Source: Bugula neritina (lineage: Eukaryota; Animalia; Bryozoa). From it: DNA of 64,000 nt. Below the pieces are notes generated by a model. It ran no database searches. It saw only the letters and a program-made list of their open reading frames with translations, and was not told where the DNA came from. Of this stretch, positions 41,257 through 55,200 are shown in pieces. Each line of letters starts with the position of its first letter. Positions within the stretch are counted from its first letter, which is position 1. The stretch covers positions 21,373,700 to 21,437,699 of the forward strand of contig OZ037768.1 in assembly GCA_964035545.1 (NCBI GenBank), written 5' to 3'. Position numbers and translations under genes: made by a program.

Positions 41257-44200
41257 ATCCTAAATGCATAATTAATTTAGCTTTTTATCTATTAATGCAA
41301 TGTTTGTAAACTGGAATGACCACAAATCTGACAAGTTATTTGATATGCAACACTTTTATTTCCCCAGCTTGAAATTAGTTAGTATTGAAACTGCCGCTCC
41401 ACATGTTGTAGGCGTGGCCAGAAGATGCCCTTGAACTTGTAGCGCACAAGTTTCTTGACGATGTGGAAATGACGAATCATGTGCGAGAAGAAGCTGTGGT
41501 CATGTGCAAACATTTCCACGAAAGTGTTCGCTCTCTCTCGCTCAAATACTACGAGACAATGAGGAGGTTAAACATTGTTATATCTTGTTGAATAGTTACA
41601 TTGAAATTTATTTGTTTAATGTAGAATTATGATCTATAAAATTTTACGAAATCAAAGTTAAAGTCATAGTCTGCTTTTCTAATGAAAATTCATACTGTGT
41701 CTTTCAGTCACAAACTTTCAACTTTGTAACCAAAAGCAGTTAATATTGTCAGGTTCGGATTGTTTTTTAAATTCTACCAACAGGTCATCTCGATTGTTGC
41801 TATGACAATGAAAGTGTAAACACTGTGCTATTTACCTTGAAAGTATGATAATAACCTTATTTGACATGCTAGCCCATCTTGAATTGCGTCACCTTGTGTT
41901 ATATGAGTTGATGTTTTCTGCAGACGCAACTATGTGACTCCTACGTCATATCTTGAACTGATTAAAACATTTAAACACATGCTGAATAAGAAGAGAATGG
42001 AGTTGCTTACTCTCAAGAAGAGATATGTCATTGGGCTGGAAAAACTCGTCTTTTCTGAAGAACAGGTATGTTCTAGTTTACTCACTTTTATTTAGAGTTT
42101 CTGTTCAGCATGGAGATAATAATAGCCTGTAACTAGTGATTATGTTACTTGACTGCAAACTTTAGGAATAACTTCGATGGTGGATGCACTTTAAAAGATC
42201 TCAATTTCAAATGTTGGTATCCGACACTTTTTCCTATTAGGAAGTTTGGGGTTTGCTTAGCCTATTTGCTATAAAGTTATGTTTGCTCTACGGAGTTGTG
42301 TGCTCTGGAGATAACGTATATGATGACCGAGTAGTTGTTTTTAATGTTTAAATAATATCAAAACTTAACGCTGCTGGTAGTTAGGCTTTCCAGCGTCATA
42401 AATGCTATTTCTAAAAAGCAGACACTCTGTCTCATACTAATTAAGTAACCTCTAAATTATTTAATTCATAAAATTAGTGTGAGGTGTCAAAACCCTCCCC
42501 CCTACTTCATTGAAATGTAGTGTGAGTTCTCAAGATTTACTCATGCTAATGCGGTTGGCTATGAATACGTCTGCAGATCAGTGTGATGAAGACTGAGCTT
42601 CTAGACCTGCAGCCGATGTTACTCAACAGATCCGAGGAAACTGCGGCTCTGGCCAAGATTATTGAGTCTGAGAGCAAAGAAGTGGAGCAAGTTCGTAAAG
42701 TAGTTGAGAAAGATGAGGCTGCGGCTACTGAGGCTGCTATGGGATCTAAGGCTATCAAGGTAGTTAGCTAACAGAGTATATATTACAGAGTAGAGTGTAT
42801 ATATTACAAAATAGAAAGTGTATATTGCAGGGTAGAGAGTATATATTACAGAGTAGAGTGTATATATTACAGAGTAGAGAGTATGTATTACAGAGTAGAG
42901 AGTATGTATTACAGAGTAGAAAGTATATATTACAGAGTAGAGAGTATATATTACAGAGTAGAGAGTGTATATTACAGAGTAGAAAGTATATATTACAGAG
43001 TAGAGAGTATATATTACAGAGTAGAGAGTATATATTACAGAGTAGAGAGTGTATATTACAGAGTAGAAAGTATATATTACAGAGTAGAGAGTATATATTA
43101 CAGAGTAGAGAGTATATATTACAGAGTAGATAGTATATATTACAGAGTAGAGAGTATATATTACAGGGTAGAGAGTATATATTACAGGGTAGAGAGTATA
43201 TATTACAGTATAGAGAGGATATATTACAGAGTAGAGAGTATATATTACAGAGTAGAGAGTATATATTACAGAGTAGAGAGTATATATTACAGAGTAGATA
43301 GTATATATTACAGAGTAGAGAGTATATATTACAGAGTAGAAGAGTAGAGAGTATATATTATATTCTGTTATGTATGCTTGCAGGAGGAATGTGAGGAGAA
43401 GCTGGCAGTGGCCATGCCTGCTTTAAATGCTGCCATAGCAGCGCTGGATACTCTCAAACAGACAGACATTTCTATAGTCAAGGCCATGGCCAATCCCCCG
43501 TCTGGAGTCAAACTAGTCATGGAGTCTGTATGCATCATGAAGGTGGGTGACTCTGCAGCCAGTGCTTCTCAGTTCTTAGGTTTAGTGTTGGAAAGAGTAG
43601 TATTTATTTGATATTTATTTACCAAATACCTTCGTTGAAACCATTTTTGTCAAAAAATTTGGTTCTAAAATTTATTAATATTGTCTGACTTTTAGTGTAA
43701 ATTTTTAAACCTTTTTAAAACCATCAAGCTAAGAATATAATATTTATAGGTAACATCAACATGGCTCAAGAACTTCTAATGTATCTCTGCCCTTCACTGT
43801 ATGCCTATCAGTTAGTCAGAAGAGTTAGTATTCCCCTAAACTACAAGTGTACATGTGACTTCTTTTACGTGTTCCAGGGAATCAAACCGGACAGGAAGCC
43901 GGTTGATGGCAAGATGGTGGAAGACTATTGGCCGGCTGCCAAGAAGTTACTCGGTGACATGAAGTTTCTAGAATCTCTGAAAGAGTATGACAAAGACAAC
44001 ATACCAGCAGCCACTATGACAAAGATACGGGGCACGTACATCACCAACCCGGAGTTTGATCCTAAGATTATCAAGAACGTCTCGTCCGCAGCTGAAGGAC
44101 TGTGTAAATGGGTGTGTGCCTTGGAGGTCTATGACAAAGTAGCAAAGGTATTTGTTTTATGTCGAAGTTTATGTAGTTTTCTTGATGTTAGTTTTGTAGT

Positions 44201-47200
44201 TTGTACTGTTTTAAACTTTTTGATAAAATTGATGTCAGGTTTAAATAACTTTATGAATTTCTAGAATTCAACCATTTGTAGTTCTCTTGTTGGTAGTTTC
44301 ATGGTTTACGTTGTTTTAAACTGTATGATAAAATTAAGCTCAGTTGAGTAGTGCTTCACCCATTTTATTTAAAACTGGAAGTAGTAGAAAAATAATTCTT
44401 CTTTTAAACGAATTCTCTATTTATGCAATTTATGCATTTATATTGCCTTTTCATTTTAAGATCAGTTTGTGCTAATTAGCTTTTTCTAAAATGTTTCTCT
44501 GTTTTGTTCCATGAGATGCCTAATGTTTGGTGTCACATGAGTTGGCTAATGGTTGGTGTTGCTGCAGGTTGTGGCACCAAAGAAGAAAGCACTGGAGGCT
44601 GCTTTGCTGGTCTTGGATGACCAGATGGCGAAGTTGAGACAGAAACAGGCAGAGTTGAAGGAAGTTACAGACAAACTGGAGGCGTTGAATGACGACCTGG
44701 AAAACAAGCAGATGGAGAAGGAGGTAAATTTTTTAGTCTCTTTGCTATCGGACTTTGCTGTCTTGTATTTGCATTTCCTGACAACTATATAAACTTGTGC
44801 TGGAGATGCAGTAGTAAATAATTTTGGATTCTGTCAGCCATTGCTTTAGCAATTTATTTTCAGTGTTGCACTTTTTATGCCAATATTTTTGCAATATAAT
44901 TATTTTCTGCCTTATAATTTTTGTTCTGTTGTTGTAATAATGAGGAAAAGGGTTTGAGGTTTGGTATGAGAGAATAGTGATTATCGTATAGCGGTTTTAG
45001 TTTTGGTATGTGGTTGTGGTAAGCTGGTTGTGATTGTAGTGTGAGAACATTGTGATTGTAGTGTGGGAACATTGTGTTTATGGTGTGGGAGTTGTGGGTC
45101 TGGTATAAAGGAAAGTGCTTGCGATACAGTTGCTGTGCTCAACATATGAGGAATAACTATTATTGTATGTAGAACCTTGAAGAGAACATCAAGCTGACTG
45201 AAATTAAAATAGACAGAGCGGAGAAGTTGATCTCTGGATTAGGAGGAGAGAAAATAAGGTGGACTCAGAATGTGAAGGACCTGACGGACACGTATGATAA
45301 CATCGTCGGGGATGTGCTGCTGTCCGCTGCCGTCGTGGCGTACCTGGGACCTTTTGAGATGGCGTACAGGAGTGTACGTATTGCTGTGTAGCAGCTTATT
45401 GGTTCTTGGTGTTTACATAAATAATGTAACATGTTTTTTATTTGAGAAGTTTGTATAATAGCAGTTGGAGAGGTTAGTAGTAAAGAGGTTAGAGCGCTCG
45501 CTTATTAAACATGAAGTCATGGGTTTGATCCCCTGTAATGGCCATTAATGATGTTAGGAAGAGCATTCAGTCATAATTGCTCCTTTACCACATTAGTGAA
45601 AAAAATATTTACTCCGCTAAAAAAATCTTCCACATGAGGGGTTTTCACAGAGATAGCGACTGTAAACCCACCTGAGTATAACAGTAGCTGGTATTATACT
45701 CTACACCCGGGCATGTTTATTATTCCAGAATGTACTGACTGAATGGTATGAGATGTGTAAAGAGAAGGAGATACCAGTGAATGACAACTTCTCTCTAATT
45801 ACTACCCTTGGAGATCCGGTTAAGATACGAGATTGGCAAATAGCGGGACTTCCTGTTGACAGCTTCTCTATTGACAACGGTAAGTTTCCATGGTTACCGC
45901 AAGTTTTCAACAATTAAATTTGTAGAATCAGAATTATGTTTTCTCTCCTGGGTCTTTCCGGTTTATATTTATGAAAAAATTAGAAACTTTTTACTATGTA
46001 GCTGGCAACCAGCCCCGCAAAAATACCAACTAAGTTTGTTACTGTTATTAAAACATAAGCTATATATGCTGGCATTTTGCTAAATCAGGGGAGACAATTA
46101 TTTTATTTGAGAAATAGCTATGGATAAGATGGCTGTGCTTTCATTTTTGTTTTTGCTGACTGAATATTATTAATTTGGGTTGTGCTGCTAATTATTAAGT
46201 CATACTTCTGTTATTTAGAAGATATTATGAATCCTTGCAATGCTACAGGCTAAGTGATTGGTGTAGTTTGTAAGTTTCTGTTTCGCGTATTGCTATTAGA
46301 GCCAACACCTTTATGGAGGCTGTTTTTGATAAAGCCTTTATTAAAGTAGACAGTTCATTTGTAATGAGCACTTCCACAGTTGTGGCACAATGTGCTTAAG
46401 CTCGGCATATTGCTTTTTTAGTGTTTTATCAAAAATTAAATATTAACTAATGTGTAATTATTTCTCTCTGTGACATTTTTTAATTATTTAATAGCTTCAT
46501 TACTGCTGCCCAATATTGGTTGTGCATAAAATTGTATATCAGTAAAGTCTTATTTATATTGACCCATGTTATTAGAGACTTCACAAGAGTGTATTGGTAG
46601 GAATGAAGATATTTATTCTTTATCCCCTTTACACCAAATATATATTATATAATAACATAATAATACAATAAATTATAGTACACAGAATATTTTTAGGTGC
46701 AAAGACCTAAATATCTATAGTTTGTGTTAGTTATTAGATATTTTTCCACATTCACAAAACTCATGTGTCCATGCAAAGTCAAACAGAGCCTCAATATTTT
46801 CTGGCATTGATGACATCACTTCCTTTTTCTCAGCCACCATCGGCTTTGCTTCTACCTTCTCCATTTCCACAACCTTCTCGCATTCTATTTCCTCACAAAC
46901 AGTAAAGCCTCCTTCATGTTGGTATTCTGAAGGGAATCTATGGGTCCAGTTAGACTCAAATAGCTCAGTGAAATATTGTCTAGCCTGTGCTCTATCTTTA
47001 ACATACTTTCTGTTGTTGGCGCACAAGTCTTCCCAGACTGGACTCTCTGCTTCGTCTAGAAATAAGAGAGAACATAACTCTTAATCATTATAACGCTTGA
47101 TTCAAGTTATTCATATATTATCTCTGTAATAGTACAGGCACTTTTAGTAGACTGAACTCTAAGGAACTCTCTTACATACGCTCATTTTAATGTAATATTA

Positions 47201-49147
47201 ATATAGCACTACATTTCAATAACGTTATATTTGTCATATTTGTATCGTACCTTTAACAAAAGCATATTCCACATCGTCCTCTTCAACTATCTCTGGGATG
47301 TTCAATTCAACTTGTTTGAAAGGTTGTTTCTCAAACTCTTTTCTTGTGGTCTGAACTTTCTCTTTGAAACTTTCTCTCTCTTCTACCTCATAAACATGTC
47401 TACAAAACATTTATTTTAGTTTATATTTAAAATTAAAATAGTTTGTTTTTATAAGCAACAATATTTTATTATTAAGTTCAAGTCTTATAATAATTACACT
47501 CATAATATTTTGAATAAAGAACATAATTATTACAGGATTGGAGTTATGCCACTTGTGCTATCGATGCTTTGCGCTATGCATTTTGAGTAGCGTTAAGTAA
47601 ATTCATGGAGTCAATTATTTATTGAAGAAAATTTAAAAAATTGAAAGTAGTAGTTTCAGTCATAAAAAATGGACACTGCACGTAAATGTAGTAATTTTTG
47701 CTTGGCAATATGTTCACACTAAGGATTCTCGTTAAAGTTGAAAGTAAATTTAGTTTTAGTAACGTATAATATACTTGGTATAAGTTCTCACCTCAAGGCT
47801 AGCAATATAGGAGACAGCAGGAGAGCAACTAGACCCAAGTCTAAAAGGATGCCAAAGAAGGCAAAAAGAATGAGTTCTATGAATATTCCAATCATATTGA
47901 GTAGATTTTCACTGTATTCTTAGGAGAGCAAACAAAGATGCAGCTTGTCAGCAGAATCTCAAGTTTTGTAATTAATTTGACTGTTGACGCGACGTAGTAA
48001 ATTTTCTGATTGTTGTGGCATGATGTATTTTTATTGGCAAATATTTAAATGTTGATATTATTTGAAATATTATAATTCTTAAAGGGCACTGGTTATATAA
48101 AAATGTTGTCAAATTTCTGCAAGCGGACTAGATCATAAAGTTTATTCCTATCAAAGCATATGACAACTCATCTCGATACTTTTTAATGCAAATGTTTTTG
48201 GTTTTACTCGGAGTCAAGCTAATAATATTATACTGAAAATAAAATATTTCTGATTTTTTTTGAAGATATGATTGTTATGTTCATAGTATTTCTTTATCAA
48301 TGAACATTGTATTACATTACAGTATGCTGTAGTACAACCAAACACACCGTATTATAATAATTATAATAATGTACTGTAATGACCAATCAACTCAATAAAT
48401 GCAAGCAAAATGTTTAAACAAATTTGCATGTTTTTCACAGTAATATGGAGTTACTTTGCCATGTCATTCACAAAAGCCAGCCTACCTTTTTAGCCCAGTT
48501 GTTTCCTATTTGTTGTCTCATCATGCCTTCCACTGGATTTGCTTTGCATGACTGAAGCTTCGTGTAAGATGCTGCAAACTTCATTATAAAATTATGCAAT
48601 TGCTGTGAGTTTAAAAGGTGGAGTTGTCAGTAGTTGTTAACAACATTCTCCACTTATGTGTTCGTACATTAGAACAGGGATATAGGTAATAAAATAGGTC
48701 CGATCAGCTTTCATAGGGATTTCTCTTGGTGAAAATTCGAGCTGTATTTTTAATTTGAACAAGTTTTGATCATATAGGAACAGAAGGTGTTACAAACCGC
48801 TCTTGTAAGAGTATCACTAGGTATGAAGTCTTGCTGTAGTTTTGCTCTGTACATGTTTGGATTTATTCTGTGATAACAGAAGGTGTTATAAACAGCTAGC
48901 CTCTGTAAGAGTCTCTGTACACGTTTCAGTCTTGTTCTCTACCAGGTATCATAGTCTCCTCTGCTAATCGCTGGCCCCTGATGATTGACCCACAAGGACA
49001 GGCTAACAAGTGGATTAAGAACATGGAGAAAGTGAATAAGTTGGCTGTTATCAAACTGTCTGACAGTAACTACACCAGGACTCTGGAGAACTGTTTGCAA
49101 GTTAGTCTCTTTCTGTTTTATACTACTTTTATTACTACTACTACTAT

Positions 49148-49188
<41 letters not shown>

Positions 49189-49201
49189 TTACTACTATTA
49201 T

Positions 49202-49236
<35 letters not shown>

Positions 49237-52200
49237 GTACTACTACTACTACTAGTACTACTACTACTACTAGTACTGCTACTACTACTACTGCTACTAC
49301 TACTAATACTACTACTACTACTGCTACTACCACTACTACTACTACTGCTGCTACTGCTGCTACCGCTGCTACCACTGCTACCACCACCACTACCACCACT
49401 ACTACTACCACTACTACCACTACTAAACAGTAACTCAGTGCCTCAAGAATATTATCTGCTACTGCTAATTCTACTCTGTCTCATAGTTTGGTAATCCCTG
49501 CCTCCTGGAGAATGTTGAGGAAGAACTAGATCCTCTTCTAGAGCCAATCTTGCTGAGACAGACATTCAAGTCCGCGGGTGTTGACTACATCAAGGTGGGA
49601 GATCAGATTGTGGAGTACAGTAGTGACTTCAAACTATACATCACCACATCACTTAGGAATCCGCACTATCTCCCTGAAATATCTGTCAAAGTGAGTATAC
49701 ATGTAATGGTAGCATTCCAAGTTCAACATAATGTTAGCATGGAAGTAGTAGCCTATAATGTTTTTGTTTGACTGCATCATATACAGAATAAAACAAATGA
49801 ATTTATCACATCATATGAGTGTCATTCAGTCTTTCGTGGGATTACTCTATAATTGTGTGAAGTCACAGAAGCACAAACCATATCTGAATTGTTACATATT
49901 TTTGCTAAAGCTTTCGATTATCCTCAATAAAACCATGAGTCCAACTACAAATGTATGATATGAACATGCTTTCTGCATTCAGTGAATTCCCAGAAGCAAT
50001 GGTGAAAAATAATATTCATCTTGCTTACTGGAAATAGATGTTGGTAGTAATTGATTCATCCAATGAGTTAGAACTTATAGGAGTTATATTTCAATATCGG
50101 CTCATCTACATCTAATACCTGCAGGTTACATTGCTGAACTTCATGATAACCCCTCTGGGACTGGATGATCAGTTGCTGGGAATTGTGGCTGCCAAAGAGA
50201 AACCTGCTCTGGAGGAGAAGAAGAACGAGCTGATTCTGGAGGGAGCTGCCAACAAAAGAAATCTCAAGGAGATTGAAGATAAAATCTTAGAAGTTTTGTC
50301 TTCTTCACAGGTGAGGAGTTCCTCCTGCACAGGAAACGTCTGTTGGCCCTTCTGCATCTCTTTTACAGTTCCTGTTTCTGAGTCACCACCTATTTGTATG
50401 AGCAGGGGATGAGTTTATTATTTCTATTGGTTGCATCTTTCGAGCTTTTCTTATTTTATAGTAAATTATATTTAATACAAAAATGGTTTGATGAAAGTTT
50501 GATTTTACTCTTTGTGTTGCAGATAGTTAAGTTACTCATATTTTAAAGAGAATAATATTATTGCTGCTCGTGTCAAGCAAATATTTTTGAAACTTTTCAA
50601 GTTGCATTTTTAGTTTTTGTGTTCCAAAGACTTGCATATAGATGTAGATGTAGTCTGTGTACACACATTTACACTGTCGATGTTTTCAATGGGTTTACAA
50701 TTCTTAACATTATACAGGTTGTTATATGTTGTATTACTCGTGTGTGTTAACTGTTAGGGTAACATCCTGGAAGATGAAGCTGCAATCAACATTCTCTCAT
50801 CTTCTAAAGTGTTATCTGAGGAAATATCGAGTAAGCAGGAAATTACGTCACGCACTGAGAAAGAAATAGACGAGACTCGCTCTGGTTACAAGCCCGTAGC
50901 TAAGCACGGCAGTATCCTGTTCTTCACCATCTCCGACCTGGCTAACATTGATCCCATGTACCAGTACTCCCTCAACTGGTTCATCAACCTCTTCATGCAC
51001 GTCAGTTGATGCGTCTGCTACTCTCTTTCATGTTCTTTAAATATTTCAGTGTATCAATTTGTGAGACAGAGTTTGGCCTTTAAATCTAACTCTGTGTATT
51101 TTTAGGTTTTGATGTAACTGATTAAACCAATTTGTCTGTCTTATTAAAATTTTTGAAGAATTTACCCACTTTTGTGTCAAAGTTGAGTGATAACTGATTA
51201 AATGATGCAATGTTATGAAATTTTATAATTTAGTATGTGCGAAAAGTTGTGCTATTGTAGGGTATACTATAATGGCAAGGCTGTACTGCATTTATCTTTA
51301 TGGTTTGGTCTTAATTTTACATGCATTATTGGAGCAAATAGCTGTTATTAGTTGAAAAAGTCTGTAAAATAAGAAAAATTTAAATGTTAAAAGTGCTTGC
51401 CACAGTCTTGTTTTTGCATTATTGAAATCATGCAATACAAGTTGCGGTCATTCTGATAACCAAGTAATAATTGCCAAATATATTATTGGCAACACTATGT
51501 GTAGTAAGGAGCTGCTAAAGTAATAATTTAAAATAATGTAAAATTTGTTACCATGAGTTGCTCTAACTTCTTTTTCATTTTCTCCTAAATTGTGTTCAGT
51601 TCTTGACAAAGAAATGCGTTTATTACGACAGGCAATCAACAACAGCAAGAAGTCCAACAACCTGGAGGAAAGAATACAGTGTCTCAACGACTACTTCACC
51701 TATAGCATCTACCAGAATATATGTCGCTCTTTGTTTGAAAAGGACAAATTGCTTTTCTCTTTTATTCTTTGTGTCAGTCTGCTCAAAGGAAGGTTTGTAC
51801 AACTTGAGACGATTTTTGTAACTCCAAACCTAGTTTAGTACGAGTTTATTATAATCTGTCTGCATAAATGTACTATTCTAATTATATGAAGTGTTGGGCC
51901 GATGTATTATGTTGGGAAAATGTGGCGATACAGGTTTGGAAATAACTATGGGAAGAGATTTTCCAATTTTAGAAATTATGCTTTTTGATATTCTCATATT
52001 ATTGATACTCTTTAGCTGATTACCAAGGGTAGCTAGTGTTGTCTCATTGCGTTATTTATTATGTATAAATAACAATGGCAGTTACATAATGATGTGTTTA
52101 TGGTATTTTATTGTGGTGTGTTGTGTTGTACTAATTGCACTATGCAGTTTGCTTTAATTTATATATCTTTATCTTTTTTTAACTTTTGTAACTTTATGAA

Positions 52201-55200
52201 ATAACTTTAAAATAACACTAATAATAGAGGTCAAGTAGATGACCGAGAATGGAGGTTTCTGCTCACTGGAGGTGTGGCTTTGGACAATCCATTTTTAAAT
52301 CCGGCTGCTGATTGGTTGAGTGAGAAGTCGTGGGCGGAAATTGTTCGATGCTCTGATTTGCCAGCTTTTAAAGGGTTCATGCACTCTTTTAAGGAGAAGG
52401 TAGTTTAGATTTATATAGACAAATTTGACATTTTCGTTCTCAAAGTAAAAATTACATCTTCAACATTTAAGCAATATAATTCTAACCACAAAATGTTTTG
52501 AAGGGGTTATTATAAGCTTCAAAACAATTTCACAGCTGAACTTTTTACAGAGACACAGATTTTATATTTCATTTAATTTTCATACGCATATCTCTTGCAT
52601 ATATGTATTAGAATTATGGTGTTTTTGTTACAAGGTTGCTGATTGGCAGATAGTGTATGATTCACCCTCCCCTCAAACAGCCGAATACATTGCCCCGTGG
52701 AACCAGTTGAATGACATGCAGAAGCTGATCGTGCTCAGACTTCTGAGGCCTGACAAGGTTAGTGAGTCATCCTTTGAGTCTCACTGTACATGTGACTGAA
52801 CTTTTAACACAGCATTGTTTAGAATTATATGTTGAAATAAGGCAGTAGTAATACAGTAGTAATTAGTGGGTATGTAGTCTTGTATTTGATACCAGGCTTT
52901 GCATTACTGTATGCTTTATATTTTGTAACACTCTATGCTATACAAAACTCATTTTGATAAAAATTTGTATAAAATCAAATAATATGTTATTTGAGTATTG
53001 AGTTTGAGTATTTTTTTATTAGTTGTTTGATTTATACACAACATTCTGTTCTTTGGTGTCACAATATCGTAGGGTAGACAAAAAGTTTCAAATAAATTCA
53101 TCAATTTCTAGTATATTGTTACTATCACAGTACTGTCAATATTTCACTCTGTTATATTATGGCAGATGGTGCCGGCTGTACAGGACTACATCGTTAAGAA
53201 TATTGGGCCACAGTTTGTTGAGCCACCTACATTTGACATATCCGTCTCTTTCGCTGACTCTATGTACTTCACACCTCTCATCTTTGTGCTGTCCCCCGGA
53301 GCTGACCCCATGGCTGGTCTTTACAAGTTCGCCGAAGAAAAAGGTGAATTTTAACTACTATTATGAATACTCAGCTTTACCACACCGAGTACTTAGTAAT
53401 ATTGCTACTCATAGTACTACAACTGATACTAATAATGCTACTAATACTAATAATATGATGGATACTAACAATATTACTGATACTAATAGTATTTATAGCC
53501 CAAACCGTTAGAACTACTGAATGTAACTAGTTATATAGACTCAACTAGCATTATCTACTACCTCAAGATATTATGAGTATCACTTACTAGTACTTACATT
53601 AGTTACTAGTAGTTATATTAGTTACTAGTTACTAGTTACTAGTAGTTATACTAGTTACTAGTTATTAGTAGTTATATTAGTTAATAGTAGTTATATTAGT
53701 TATTAGTTAATAGTAATTATACTAGTTACTAGTTACTAGTAGTTATATTAGTTACTAGTTACTAGTAGTTATGTTAGTTACTAGTTGTTTGTCATTATTT
53801 AAAATATCGGTTAATGAGTGTGAAGAGTGAGTTATTTGCAGTGTAACCTTTGTTTCTAATAATTTAAAAACTTGCAGCTTTTGGTTTAATGCTTCAACTT
53901 CATCTTTGACTAGTTTTCTTTTTCAGGTTCAAGCCAAATTGTGTTTATTTTACTATTCATGGTTATTATTTGTATATTTACATTGCTAATAGTAAGATTG
54001 TGTTTTTAATTGGCCTACAAAGTCTCATGCATTATTCGGTGAGATTATTTATTTAATCACAGGTAAATAAATATTGCAGCATTTTAAATTATTCTTAACA
54101 TTTTGTTTATCAACAATTTTGAATGTGATTTACAACTCAATGGTAGAAATCAGGTAAATGAAACATCTTTCTAAAAGATTATCTAATGGCGTGTGTTTTG
54201 TTCACTGAATCATTCCGCTTACATCTCCCTGTTTGTTTGCGGTGATCAGTTTGAAATACTTTGTGTTTAACTGTACTCAGGTGTCATCAGTAGGCCACTG
54301 GCCGCTGACAAAAATGACCTTCACCCTCAGCAGCAGAGCATAGGCTTGTCCAAAGAGCAACGTGACTTGAATCTGTTGGAATGTATGTTACTGTAGATGG
54401 CGCCGGTGTTAGCAGTTTCTTCCTGTTTCCTGCTACTCTCAATTGCTTTCCGCTGTCTTTTTGCTAATTTTCCACACATAGATGTAGTCATGGTCAACTA
54501 GCGTAGAAGCTGTTTACATTAGATCTTTGCTATAGACGTTGTAGATTCTAGGTAGAAGAACCCTTACTACAGTGCTACATGTATATATAGTAACTAAATT
54601 TATTTCAATTGCTCTGCAAAATTTTTCGTTGTATAGAAATGATGAAATATGTTCTGTTTTGTTATTTTGACTTTTAGCTTCGTTTACTGATCTTTATGTA
54701 TCTTTTTCGCAATGCTTAGTAGCCAGTTTAATCGTGTAGATCTGTTTTTTTATATATTGCAAATTAGTGTGTCAAATAGTAAGTGTTGTTTCATATCAGT
54801 TGTTTTAGGCTACATGTTCACTGAGTTAGTGCACTTCACATCTGCGACTCATCATTTTATACTCATGACCCAACCTATTACGTTCATGTCTCTTCCTTTT
54901 AAGACTCATGATTTGTTTTGATACTTATGACTCATCCTTTATACGTATGACTCGTCCTTTCTTGACTCATTCTTTTACATCTGGGACTCTTCACTATAAA
55001 CTTAAATTGTGTACATTATGCATACCACTCGTCACCTTGCACCTTTGAATAATACTTTTACTTCTGACTAATAAATCCATGCCTGCACCGTAGCAACTGT
55101 TATTAATCGTTTGAAGAACATAGCCTATCTTAATTTTTCTATGTTGGATTTCTAAGAAAACTAAAGCCCTAGAATTTTTAAAATCATATTTACGGTTTGC

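Noticed and set aside
42795-43347. Repetitive ORFs (YILQSRE / IYYRVES)
   Set aside because: 21-bp minisatellite within an intron; the flanking exons join in frame without it.
49118-49433. Poly-T/poly-V ORFs
   Set aside because: Intronic microsatellite after the donor at 49100.
53920-54160. Strong acceptor at 53926 and CACAG|GTAAAT at 54058-54068 (possible extra microexons or recursive splice site)
   Set aside because: No frame-preserving exon with a credible donor, and a 2-kb intron is short for recursive splicing.
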